From the human T2T-CHM13v2.0 reference genome, Homo sapiens: a stretch of DNA of 64,000 nt. A model generated the notes under the pieces. It worked only from the letters and a program-made list of their open reading frames with translations. It did no database searches and was not told the origin of the DNA. Below, in pieces: positions 13,082 to 31,989 of the stretch. The DNA is taken from assembly GCF_009914755.1 (NCBI RefSeq), contig NC_060942.1. One strand, written 5' to 3'. The position numbers and the translations under genes are program-made. Each line of letters begins with the position of its first letter. Position 1 is the stretch's first letter.

Positions 13082-13525
13082 TGGGATTTGAAAATCTCCA
13101 TCTATGACTGAGGGTTTGTCTATTTTCCCTTTTATTTTGTTAGTTGTTTCTCCTTGAACCATAAATCGCTGCTATTGATCACGTAAACATTTAGATTTCA
13201 TTATGTATTCCGAAGTTCAGACACTTTTTGTTGTTTACAATGTCCCTCTTCATCTCTTATGTAACTCCTTGCCAGCGCTTTTCTTCTGATAGGTGTTTGA
13301 CTGGTTGATTTTTTCATTTTTTTCCACTTCATTTTTGCCCTTGTATTTAAAATAGTCTTCTTTTAAATAGTACATAGATGGATCTGTGTTTGTGTTTTAA
13401 ATTATTATTTAATATGATTATCTTTGTACTTAATGGGCATGTTTGGTCCACTTATATTTAATGTAATTATTTATATGATTGGATATAGATTTACCATGTC
13501 GTTATTTCATTCATTTTTTTCTTAT
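13082..13525 (-). mobile_element. L1ME-like LINE-1 (ORF2 endonuclease 5' part)
   Basis: The minus ORF has KIKGKIDKPSVIDGDFQIP, matching the L1 EN motif I-x-GDFN-x-P. Confidence 0.8.
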
Positions 13526-13529
13526 TTGT

Positions 13530-18400
<4,871 letters not shown>

Positions 18401-18759
18401 CACTCTCCTAACTTTTAAAAAGGCCATTGCCTCATGACCAATACTTTGGAATTGCACCTTACTTTCTTGTTTCCTTCTTGTATTATTTCTTTTGTTCATG
18501 AAGAAATTCTTATTGTCCTTCATTAACCTGAGCTTTAAAAAGTATTCTGTTTCACCTTCTCAAGCTGGTAAAACAGATTATATTTAAATGTATATTGTTG
18601 GACTTGCCTCTTGCTGTTAAGACAGCTAGTTTAGTAGAAATATTACTCAGTTCGCACATCTCCATTTCAAGTATGTAAGATGAAAATGTCCACTGAAGGC
18701 TTCTACTAAGACTCAAATATTTATAAATTTCTAATCATTATTAGTTATTTCTAATTAGC

Positions 18760-18870
18760 ACAATCTTATAAGATGGTTTTTGTCCCCTTTTTGACAATGA
18801 GGAAACTGAAACCCAAAAATACTAAGTAACTTAATGAAGATTCTAATGCGAAAAAGACACTGAATCAAAA
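18760..18870 (-). mobile_element. MIR
   Basis: aatgaggaaactgaaaccc...taagtaactt core. Confidence 0.7.
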
Positions 18871-19113
18871 AACAGATTTTTTTTCACTTCCATAGTGATC
18901 TCCTTTGGTCTTCTATAAACATATGTTTCTGTGGCAAATTCCAAAAAAAAAAAAAAAAAAAAAACCTAAACATGTATTTCCCAAGCATGTTAACTTACAT
19001 TTTAGTATCAGTTAGAAACATAAATGTCTCTGATTATCTGCAGTGAATTAGCACATACTTTTCAACAAAGTATTCCAAAATATTCTCTTTGGTTTCTCTT
19101 ATTAATCTATTTA

Positions 19114-19819
<706 letters not shown>

Positions 19820-20559
19820 TATCTAGTTTAACAAGATCTATCTTCCTCACTGCCATATTCTAATCATGACCTGCACATCTTTAAGTAGCCCATATTACAA
19901 ACACCTTCCAAGAGGGAGGAGAGATGGCCCAAAAGATAATTTACTATGTGCATAGTTGAGAAATTGTTCTTCTAGTTAGGTATTAATCATCTACCTTAAT
20001 TGCTTATTAAATAAAGCTCTCAGTAAAGAAATGTAGCAACCTTATTCAGAGGAAGCAACACAGAATTCTTGCACTTCTCTGTGGTCCAGGGAATAATAGA
20101 CTACAGTGATACTATCTTTCCCATACGCCCAAATGAGGGGCATTTTTAAAAAGCACATTCAGCAGGCCTCAGGCTATGTAGAGTCCCTGGATATGTTTGT
20201 GTAAAACAGTGTATGGAAGAAGAGGACTTTGGGGAAGTCTAAATGATCTAATGGCAACCATTTGCTGCATTCTTTTCTCTGACTGTTACACGAACTACAG
20301 CAATTCAGGCTGCGAGCACCTGGAAGGAAATGCCCAGGCAGGCACTTGCCTTTGAAATATGGTTAGAGAGCCATTCCTGCATGTAAGTATCACCCTGTTA
20401 TTTTCTTTGGGGTTTTCAGCCTGAAACCAATCAACCTGAAACCCAATTCAAGAAGGCATCTTTACAATCAGAAGCTGTGGGAAACTTAGTTTGTTGTGGG
20501 ATCTAATTTGTCTTGGGTAGGAAAAAATATAAAGGAAAAAAACAGAACTTGGAGCAGTG

Positions 20560-20950
20560 GGGATTAACAGAAGCGGAGCTGACTGCATACAGCATGTTTG
20601 CGGTAATAAACAACAGTGTTATTAGCAAATATAAAGCCCGTGATAAACAATGCCATGATGTTCTATTCACCCTAATAGGCAGGAACAGATAATTGGGACA
20701 AATAAAGTGCTAAAACAGTCTCTAACCACCTTTCTGAGCGTCTCTCCGAATGAGTGAATCGCCCTGCATGCTACATGGCGCAGCGGTAGCCTGGGATACC
20801 AGCTTTTGTGTTTCACTAAAAGAATATGCTCCCGTTGCTAATGGAAAACAACAGAAGCTAAAGACGATTGCTGGGATTGTCAGATCTCCTTTTTTTTTTT
20901 TTTAAAGTGGTAATGAGTACACGAGGAGACAATTCCACGATTCATCAAAG
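20560..20950. promoter_or_regulatory. Candidate conserved enhancer (unique, CpG-retaining)
   Basis: 12 CpG in about 370 bp of non-repeat DNA. Two TAAACAA (FOX) motifs, overlapping GATA/SOX motifs and an X-box-like site. Confidence 0.35.
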
Positions 20951-21440
20951 CCAGAGGAAAGTACTTTGGAATACATTGCCAATTGAAGTCCCAAACACTT
21001 CCAACCATGGGGACTTTTAAATCTAAACTCAGAGCTCTGCTGTTTCATGTGGCAATTTCTTCTTTTCCACCCACCCTCGACAAACTGTCTTGTTCCAGCA
21101 ATGGACTTTTTTTGAAGAAGCCTTTCTTATTCCTTATCAGAGCATCATTCTGACAGTTTCTGCTCTTTCATTTGGTTGGTTGGGTTTACACAGTAGATGG
21201 GAGTTTGACACCACTGAGCCTTGTTGTTCTCTGGCCGTAAAGACAGGAATTTATCATTCAGCATTTCTTCTTTCAGCCTCAGTTTCTCCATGTGTCCCTT
21301 TAGAGATTGCATTGGTTTAAAACTTCAGGTACTGGCTGAAGTATAAAAAGCTCTGAAGTTAACACAGTTGTTGGAAATCTCTGAAGTTATTTAGGACTAT
21401 GGAGCAAGCAAAACTAATTGCAACTGGGTTATAGATGAAT

Positions 21441-21525
21441 TTCATTCATTCATTCATTCATTCATTCATTCAGTAATTCAACTAATATTATTGAGTGCTT
21501 ACAGCATACCAGGCACCGTTCATTC
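21441..21525 (-). mobile_element. L2 3' tail with (TTCA)n microsatellite
   Basis: (ttca)n followed by attattgagtgcttacagcataccaggcac. Confidence 0.8.
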
Positions 21526-21829
21526 TTATTTTCCAACTTATATTTGGACTCGGTTCTCATTTACTCTAGCAATAATCACAGTTTAGTTATCTTACCTCAA
21601 AGAAAAAAAAATTTATTCGTCACTTTTGAATTAAGTATATCTCATCTCAAATTTGCCATGTCCAAAATGAAGCCTTGTGCCACATATATCAGAATGTGGA
21701 TAATTAGACAAGAGGGAAAGAGATTGGGGATGAAAACTTATTTTAGATTCACAGGTGTCCAGTTTTTTTAAATCTTGAAAAGAAAATGAGAGGAAAACAA
21801 AAAACCCAAAACCAAAAAGTCAGAAGCTG

Positions 21830-22345
21830 TGTGATATGATAAAATAAGAAATATATATTTGGTCTTTGGTCTTTGTCCCTGGTTCCATGTACACAGCTTC
21901 TAAGACCTTTGCAACTTCCTGAGTGATAGAAATGAGATTACCACCTTTCATTATTTATAATAAGCCTTTTTCAACCATACCTAAGTTTATATTAATGAGG
22001 TAACTCTTGGAGGATGCAGGCTGGTTGCCAGAGGTTTAGAATGAATAGAGGTTTAGAACTTTCAGCCTCACTCCCTACCATCCCACACCTCTGGGGAGGT
22101 AAGAGGAGCTGGAAATTCAATCACCAATGGCCAATGATTTAATCAATCATGCCTGTAAAATGGAACTGCCACAAAACCCTAAATTTAGGGGTTCAGAGAG
22201 ATTGTGAGTTGGTGAAGATACTCACATGCTGAGAGGGTGGCGCACATTAACTCATGGGGACAGAAACTACTGAGTTTAGAGTCTTCTGGACATTGCTCTG
22301 TGTAACTCTTCATCTGACTTTTCATTTGCATTTTGTATACTGAAT
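21830..22345 (+). mobile_element. MER21 (MER21C-like) LTR, 3'-truncated
   Basis: tgtgatatgataaaataagaaatatatatttggtctttg...caccaatggccaatgatttaatcaatcatgcct. Confidence 0.85.
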
Positions 22346-22461
22346 ATCTCAATTTTGCCCTAAAACCCAAATCCTTTTGTTTAAAACCATATATAACATT
22401 GCGGGTAGTTGTTTTCTATATTGCCAGTGCTCTACATAGATTTCAGTGTAAACTCCAGTAA

Positions 22462-22760
22462 TTTTTTTTTTTTTTTTTTTTTGAGACAGAGTCCTGCTCT
22501 ATCACCCAGGCTGGAGTGGAGTGGCACAATCTCGGCTCACTGCATCCTCCGCCTCCCAGATTCAAGCTATTCTCCTGCCTCAGCCTCCTGAGTAGCTGGG
22601 ATTACAGGCTTGCACCACCACGCCAGCTAATTTTTGTATTTTTAGTAGAGACAGCGTTCCACCATGTTGGTCAGGCAGGTCTCGAACTCCTAACCTCGTG
22701 ATCCGCCTGCCTCTGCCTCCCAAAGTGCTGGATTACAGGCGTGAGCCACCATACCCAGCT
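22462..22760 (-). mobile_element. AluSg-like
   Basis: Poly(T) plus full antisense Alu with acctcgtgatcc. Confidence 0.95.
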
Positions 22761-23306
22761 AATATTATTTCAAATGCTATAGTTCTATTTAGCTAATGAA
22801 ATACTAACTGCCTTTTTAAATGTATATAAAAGCAAAATATTTGGCATTATATATAATAAAGTTTTCAACGTATTCTTATAGGAAAAAAAAAAGACACACT
22901 ATGTTACCTGGACTACAAAGCCAAATAAAATAATTAATTGAGTGAAATTCAATGAGATGGATCTCCAATTCATATAACTGGAAATTTAAAAATCACTTGC
23001 ATTGTAAGAGATTACATGGGATATACATTTATCTACATATATCTTAATTGAATATGGAAGTACATGGAGTGGGAATTGGGGGGCACTTTGATAATGCCGG
23101 ACTGTATTGTGACCAATCAGATTGGTGGCGTGACTTACTTCCTTTGTACTTGCTGGTCTGCTGTGCTCTCACTTGTGCCACTCCGTCAGTCCAGGAAACC
23201 TCTCCTCTTATATCCCACTTATCTCATTCTTATACATTCTTCAAGACCCTGAGGACTTTTCTGACCACCTCAGGGTACCCGCTGGGCTCTCCCTCCTCTG
23301 GCCTAT

Positions 23307-23607
23307 ATTTTATTTATTTTTATTTTTTGAGATGGAGTCTTGCTTTGTCGCCCAGGCCGGAGTGCAGTGGTGCAATCTCTGCTCATTGCAACCTCTGCCT
23401 CCCAGGTTCAAGTGAGTCTGCTGCCTCAGCCTCTTGAGTAGCTGGGATTACAGATGTGCGCCTCCACACCCAGCTAATTTTTGTATTTTTAGTAAAGACA
23501 GGATTTCACCATGTTGACCAGGCTGGTCTTGAGCTCCTGACTTTTTGATCCGTCTGCTTGGCCTCCCAAAGTGCTGGGATTACAGGCGTGAGCCACCGTG
23601 CCTGGCC
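23307..23607 (-). mobile_element. AluS (Sg-like)
   Basis: Full antisense Alu flanked by tggcctata / tgacctata. Confidence 0.95.
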
Positions 23608-25412
23608 TGACCTATAGCTTTTACTGTCAGTATCATCCATTTGATGCTGAGAGTGTATGGCTTTGTATTATCTTTTTATAAGTAGGTCTCCAACTAAATT
23701 GTACAATTATTCCCCTGTATCTGTTAGAATGGCACAATCACAGAAAATTCTCAATTAATGCTTAATGCTGCTTATTATGTTACAAGATGAGCTCTCTGTA
23801 CCACCCAACTGCACCAGTTCATTGCTCACCACCTTCTGGACAAATCTGGCCTAGGTCTCTAGGCAATTAGAACGGGCTTTTCTCATTGCATTCTAACCTC
23901 AGTTGTTTGATTCAGATACAAATTAATTGTGAGTAGAAGTTATTCCAATGTGACAACCGTCCAGTGTCTTGTTTGTGGAAAGAGAAAATGAGAACATGTT
24001 GACTGTGTTCCTTTTTTTGATGGGCCACAAGATAAATAAAGAAAACAGGAAGAACCTAACATTATCATGACTATTGAAAACATGCTTACTCTAATCTCTT
24101 GGTGCTGTGCTCAGCCTTGTCATGAAAACAAGGTGGCATACTCAAAGTCCCCTTAAATAAATGTGTTGACTAATTCTGATAGGACAGTAGAAAACCCAAT
24201 AGTATTCTTGTGTCTTTTTTGCATTAGTAGAAGATAGTGGTCTTCAAAGCTGTCATCATATTAGTACTTTTCGCAGATACTAAAATTCATCTTCCAAAAT
24301 GAAATCATTATCCGAACAATCTACAGATGGGATGTTACTAGTGGAGTCCATGGATTTTTCTCAAGAGGCAAATTTATTATTTTACTTTACTTTCAGGAAT
24401 GGAAAACATGACCTTTCTCTCTTGCTTCATCTTAGCATCATGGATTGGTAAATACGTTCTATTTTTTCCTAGGTGTTTTATTACTATTATCATATTTCCA
24501 CTGCAGAAAATATGAAGGGGAAAAAAGAGCAAAAAATAAAATATGAAATAGGGAAAAGAAAGAAAAATGCTGAATATCAGTCAGGCTTGACGAGGTTCCC
24601 CTAAGAATAGATTACCTAGTCTAATGTTGTGGAAAAATGACTGCTATACATCAGCAGAAGAGGTCAGGAAATTAAATTTTATGTGTCCTGCTTGGAAAAA
24701 AAAGAGAGTTTGGCTGAAAAATAGAATTCTTCATGGCTTGGTGAAAATTTTGAACATTTCAATTCTCATTTACAAAAAAGACAAAACAAAACAAAACAAA
24801 GCCCTCATAGTGGAAGTAACTGCAAGTCAAGAAACAAGATAGATCTTGTAAGCCATAATGAAAAAAATGTCTATCAAAGGTCCTGTGACTGCCTGCTATC
24901 ATGTCCAGTCCCATAAGGTAATTGGAAAGGTGGCAGCCATGTTTTGGTCAATTCTTGAATTCTGTAAAGTTCAGGTTAGAGGAAAATCTGTGGCATTTAT
25001 AATTACTTTTAGTGGCTATTTAAGGGGCAGCACCTTTGAGTGGATGGTTTATGGACCTGAAGGAATATTATCTAACTTATAAATGTAAGTAGAAATTATT
25101 TTAAAATGCTGCTCTTGTGAAGAGAGTGACCACTGTCCTTCCTATTGACCTTCCCTTGCTTCTCAGGTAATGTTCTTAATCATTTACTTCTTTTTTATAT
25201 TTTCACCTTTCTTACCCTTTTTTATGTAATTCAGATGAAGCCCTACCACTTCTCTTCTTACCAAAGATAAAGAATTCATTTGTAACTCTCATATAATTTT
25301 ACCACTGTCTATTCAGTTAGGGAATCTGCTCCATCAGAAATTTCCACACCACCTATGGTCTTTACTCTTTCTACCTACCAATACCTTCCTTTGTATACAA
25401 ATATAAACTAAC

Positions 25413-25704
<292 letters not shown>

Positions 25705-26204
25705 TGATTAACCTCTTTATTAAGACATTATTATGGCAAAATACCCACAACTGTTTTGACCTTCATTTTCCTTCAGTTTGCCTCCTTCAGTCTTCCCAAC
25801 TTTTCATGATCCGACTTGGGAAATAAAAAGTGAAGCCTCTGGCATGTACTTTCTTATCTCTTACAGTCTTGTCTATCAGATCTTTTCAATCTAATTTTTT
25901 CCTCCACCTGGCTTAGAAGGTAATCTTTTCAAGAAGAGTAATGAGTTTTTAACAATCAACATATGCATTATTTTCTCATACTCCTTAACTGTCCCATCTC
26001 TGTGAACTTCTCTCAGCTCCATCCAGTCTTTCACTTCCTCCTACCTTTCCATCAAATCCTGTTCTACTTTCTTTCCACCTCTTACCTCTTAAAAATATGC
26101 ATTTTCCACATGCAAGTGCAGATTAAGGTTACTTCTTTCCTTCTAGTCTTTGTATCTACCTTTCTTATGGTGAGATACTACATCTAATAGATCCTACTTC
26201 TTGA

Positions 26205-26420
26205 CACGTAGTGAAGCAACAAGGTAAGAGGCCAGGATACTGAAGACGGTCTGACTTAAGACCATCATGGTTTGGCAGTTTTTCAGCCATGGAGCTTTAA
26301 ACAGTCACTTAACCTCTCTAACCTCACCTTCTAAATTTCAGAAAATTAATGAGTTAGAAAAATAACGAGTATATCAAAAGTATATTGAAAGAAATAAATA
26401 AGTAAATGTATGGAAACCAC
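26205..26420 (+). mobile_element. MIR
   Basis: cagtcacttaacctctctaacctcaccttc core. Confidence 0.6.
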
Positions 26421-26599
26421 TTCCTCTTTGCTTTCCAGTCTTTTCTTCACAATCACCTTCTTTGGCCCTGCCCTGGCCACCCTCTTACTTCCAGCACTCC
26501 TGATCTTTAACATGCTGTGTTTACTTATGCAGTAATTGTCACCTCCTATAATCTATATTATTTAATGTTTATATAATCAACTTAATTATTATGTATATT

Positions 26600-26700
26600 A
26601 TTTATTTATTGTTTTGTTCACTGATGAATTCCCAACATTGAGAAATATATATCTATGTCTAATTTGTGCTCAGTAAATATTTACTAAATGAATGTACTAA
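26600..26700 (+). mobile_element. L2 3' end
   Basis: ttttgttcactgatgaattcccaaca...gtgctcagtaaatatttactaaatgaatg. Confidence 0.7.
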
Positions 26701-27294
26701 ATAGGTATAGTAATAGGTATAAATAGGCATAGGTATACTTTTTTTGTTGTTTTTCTTTACCTCCCTCTCTTACTGTATATTTCCTTCAAGAAGGAATTCA
26801 TATACTAAGTATCAAGATGAACACCAAAAAAGACCATCAACTAGACAATTATACTGTTTACAAAGTATCAAGTATTTAGATAATTGTAAAGTTATAGATA
26901 ACTGACAAGCTTTCAGTTTCTTCACTGTAAAGAGACTGTAAAGTCCCATCACGTAATTCTTTAATTTGATGTACTTACAGAAATGTTTGCTTTTAAAGTG
27001 CCTACTGTCTTTATTGGCAGTGATGGAAACAGAGCCCCATAGACACTTCAGCAATGTCACTGTGGGAAGTTATTTTTCTCCAAACCCTATTGATGTGAAA
27101 CAATTATATTTACCATCACATTCAATTCAACTATGCTCAAATAGATATGTTTACAAAGCAAAATCAAAGGCTGAAAGAACCAAACTTTTTTTTCCTACAC
27201 TTCAAATTTCTATCAGTTAGAAAATTTAGATTGGTGAAAAGAAGAAAGTAGAAGTTATATAAATAACAAATTTATTTATTTATATAGTTGTAAA

Positions 27295-27418
27295 ATTTAC
27301 TAGAGATGAGGTTTTGCTATGCTATCCAGGCTGGACTCAAACTTCTGACCTCAAGCTATCCTCCCACTTCGGCCTCCCATGTAGCTAGAACTACAAGCAT
27401 CTATCACATTATGCCGGC
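27295..27418 (-). mobile_element. FLAM_A-like Alu monomer
   Basis: tagagatgaggttttgctatg...ctcaagctatcctccc...gtagctagaactacaagc. Confidence 0.8.
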
Positions 27419-28261
27419 AGACAATAACTTTAATTGCCAACTTTATTTGTTTTATTTATAAACACGACTAATGTATTTCCAATATATATTATAAATTGAC
27501 TACTGGCCAAATCAATTATCTTTACCACAATTTCTAAAGTTGCTTTTTGAAATATTTCACTTCCACCACAAATGATTGCTACCTAGATTTATAACCGTTC
27601 ACAATTTACCACATTATTAATCATTACCTTATTGATTAAATATTACATTTCTTTATGCATTTATCTACTCATTCATTCAATGAATATTTATGACAAACCT
27701 TGTTTATGACACCACCAATGTATTATTTTAAAACCTGACAAAAATCTTTGTTTTCTTGAAGCCTAGGATCAGCATTAATTCATGTAGAAATCATGATTAA
27801 GTGATATATTATCAGAGATTTTTACTTCTTCCTGATAATTTTGTACTCAGATTTTCCAAATCCTATGTTTCACAAGCAAACACTTTGGAAAATGGAAGCA
27901 GAAATATATTCCTGTCTATAAAGCCAAAAGAGATTAAATAAAAGCTTGCCTGAAAACTAGATTCTTTTTAGGGTAACAGAATCCAATTATTAAAAGAAAA
28001 AAAATTCAAAAAATCACAATCATATATATTTAAAAATATACTTTATAGCTTGAGGTATTGTTACTACTAGTATGTCATTCAGGAACATGAAACCAGTAGA
28101 AAAATAATTATCATGAGGTTATTGCACAAACAAATATAACACATATATAAACATGAATCTATAATAGAAATTCAAGATTTTGAAAAATGAAAAGTCATAG
28201 AAAATCATACCTCTCATAGAAATTGATAAGAGTAAGTAAGCAAGCAACAATAGTAAATCGT

Positions 28262-28740
28262 ACTTCTGCTTCTCCGAGGTGAGTAACATGGACTGATTTA
28301 CATTTCCACCTGAAATAACCAAAAAATGGACAAAATATATGAAAAAGGTGATTACTAGGATACTGAATATCATGTAAAGAAGTACAGTGATCCCTGAGCG
28401 ATGGAGGAAAAATGAGTAGAACCCTATGATTGCCCCAGCTTTTTGTTCTAAAAGAGTTTCCAGACAACACACACAGGGAGGAATCTTCTAGGTGGAGTCC
28501 CAGAGGACTCCCTGAGTTGAGAACAAGAATTTAAGATTCCAAAACAGCTAGAGTCTATAGCACAGAGAGTTAGAGAGGAGACAGCTGTACAAAGTCTGAA
28601 TTTTGGGGGAATCTGAAGAGTCTCATTTAAATATTCAGCTGATTAATTATAAGTGTATATGTAGAAGAAAATGTCCGGAGTCTGGAGACAGAACCAATAG
28701 AGAGAATTAGAGGTTAGATTTCCAGTGCTTACACAGAGCC
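28262..28740 (+). mobile_element. Old L1M 5' UTR fragment
   Basis: acttctgcttc...ccacctgaaataaccaaaaaatggacaaaatatatgaaa...acagtgatccctgag. Confidence 0.65.
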
Positions 28741-28742
28741 AG

Positions 28743-28798
28743 TGTTATTGTCTGAATGTTTGTCCCCCTGATATTCATATGTTGAAATTCTAACACCT
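28743..28798 (+). mobile_element. MST/MLT1A-type LTR 5' stub
   Basis: tgttattgtctgaatgtttgtccccctgatattcatatgttgaaattctaac. Confidence 0.75.
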
Positions 28799-28824
28799 CC
28801 TCGTTTTCTTCAACTGCGTGAAGT

Positions 28825-29266
28825 TTCATGAAAAACCTACAGCTAACATCATAGTTAATGGGAAAAGACTGGGTGCTTTGCCTCAAAGATAAAAAATGCA
28901 AAGATGCTGGCTTTCACAACTTCCATTTCAATATTGTTCTGGTAATTCTACCCAATGCAATGAGGCAAGAAAAATAAATACAAATCATTCAGTTTGGAAA
29001 GGAATATTTAAAACTGTATTTAATGAAGAAAAATACAAAGGATTTTTTTTAAAAAACTAGAATTATTAAATGGGTTTAGCAAGACTAATTAAAGACCATT
29101 ATATAAATATCAATTGTATATCTATACACTAAAAATATTTTTAAATCAGAAATTAAAATTAATAACACACCCCATTTATATAGCATAAAAATTATGACAT
29201 ACTTAGGTTTAAATCTCACAAAATATGTTTATGACACATACTAAAAACTTCAAAGCCTCACTTATG
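28825..29266 (+). mobile_element. L1ME-like ORF2 (RT) fragment, left part
   Basis: tgaaaaacctacagctaacatcatagttaatggg...caatgcaatgaggcaagaaaa. Continues after the L1PA insertion. Confidence 0.85.
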
Positions 29267-30583
29267 AAAATTGAAGACTCAGGGCCAACTGGAAGCAGCG
29301 TGATTGGAGGATCTCATCGAAAAGAACCATAACAGCATGCAAATCCTGCACAGGCACCTGAAGTATCCAGGTTCTGTCATCAGAACGGACTATGCAGCTG
29401 GTGTGACCCACAGAGAGGAAGGAAGAGCCAGTGTGATGTGGCTGTCCACCTGAGAGCCACACAGGGCAGGGGAGCCCCCACCCCCCAAGCCAAGGGAGGT
29501 GGTGAGTGAGCATGCTACCCAGCCTGGGAAAATGTGCTTTTTATATGGAACTGTGCAACCCACAGATCTGAAGACCTCACTTGTGAGCCCACACCACCAG
29601 GGCCTAGGGTCCCAGCCACAGAGCAGAGCAGATTCTCAACAGCCACTCAGCTAGAATCTGCTTAAGCCTACCAAGCTCCCAGGGGGAGGGGCAGCCAGCA
29701 CCAGAGCTGTGGCTGCCTGCTGTCTAAGCCTTTTGAGCTCCTTGGAAGAGAGGCGACAGCCAACACTGGGACTGGTAGTTGCCTAACACAACAAGCTCCC
29801 AGGGTGGGGGAAGGGTGGCAGCCATTTCTATAGCTCCAGGCCACCCTTTTTTCCTACTGGAGCCAGGGAAGCTGGATGGCTTGGTTCCAAGAGCTATCAC
29901 CAACAGCCAAACACACCAGCTGTGGCAGACTGCAGCCAGAGTGCCTATTCAGGCCTGACACTGACCCATCCCTCTTCACTGCGCTGGGCCTCCCTACGGG
30001 AACTCCAGCAACTCCAGTCAGGGGCTCAAGGTCAGAACTCTGATCTCCGTGAGCCTGAGCCCTTAGGGAGAGGGGTGGCCACAGTCTCTGCAGACAAACA
30101 GACTTAATCTTTCCTCTTGCTAATTCTGAGGCATCCGGGGAGTGCAGACGAGTGTGTTTCCCCCCAGCAAAGCACATCCCTTCCACCAAGGGACAGTCAA
30201 AGTGATTTGTTAAACGGGTCCTGCTCCCTGTGCCACCCAACTGGGTGAGACCCTCCAAAAGGGGTTGTCAGACACCCTATACAAGACCATTCCTACTGGC
30301 AACAGGTCAGTGCCCCTCAAGGTCAGAGATCCCAGAGGAAGGAGTAGGCATCCATCTTTACTGTTCTCCAACCTGCCTCCTTGAGTGACATCTCCAGGTG
30401 TGGGAGCAAATCAGATGAATAGGGCCTGAAGTGAACCCCCAGCAAACTGCAGCAGCTCTACAGAAGAGGGGCCTGACCATTGCAAGAAAAACAAACAGCA
30501 ACAATAACAGCATCAACAAAAAAAGGCCCCACAAAACCCCATCTAAGGGTCAGCAACCTCAAAGATTGATACTAGACAAACTC

Positions 30584-31930
<1,347 letters not shown>

Positions 31931-31989
31931 CAATGACACTATGATGAAACTGAATCAACTAGTGTGCAAAATAACCAGTTAGGATCACG

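Noticed and set aside
18910-18982. A-tract with taaacatatgtttc / taaacatgtatttc flanks as a mini retro-insertion
   Set aside because: The flanking repeats are too degenerate and do not abut the tract.
23048-23437. 129-aa ORF and other ORFs with LSPRLECSG-type peptides
   Set aside because: These are Alu antisense translations, not genes.
29854-30258. 134-aa minus-strand ORF (possible L1 ORF0-like)
   Set aside because: It lies in the GC-rich L1 5' UTR, has a non-ATG start, and I see no recognisable ORF0 similarity.
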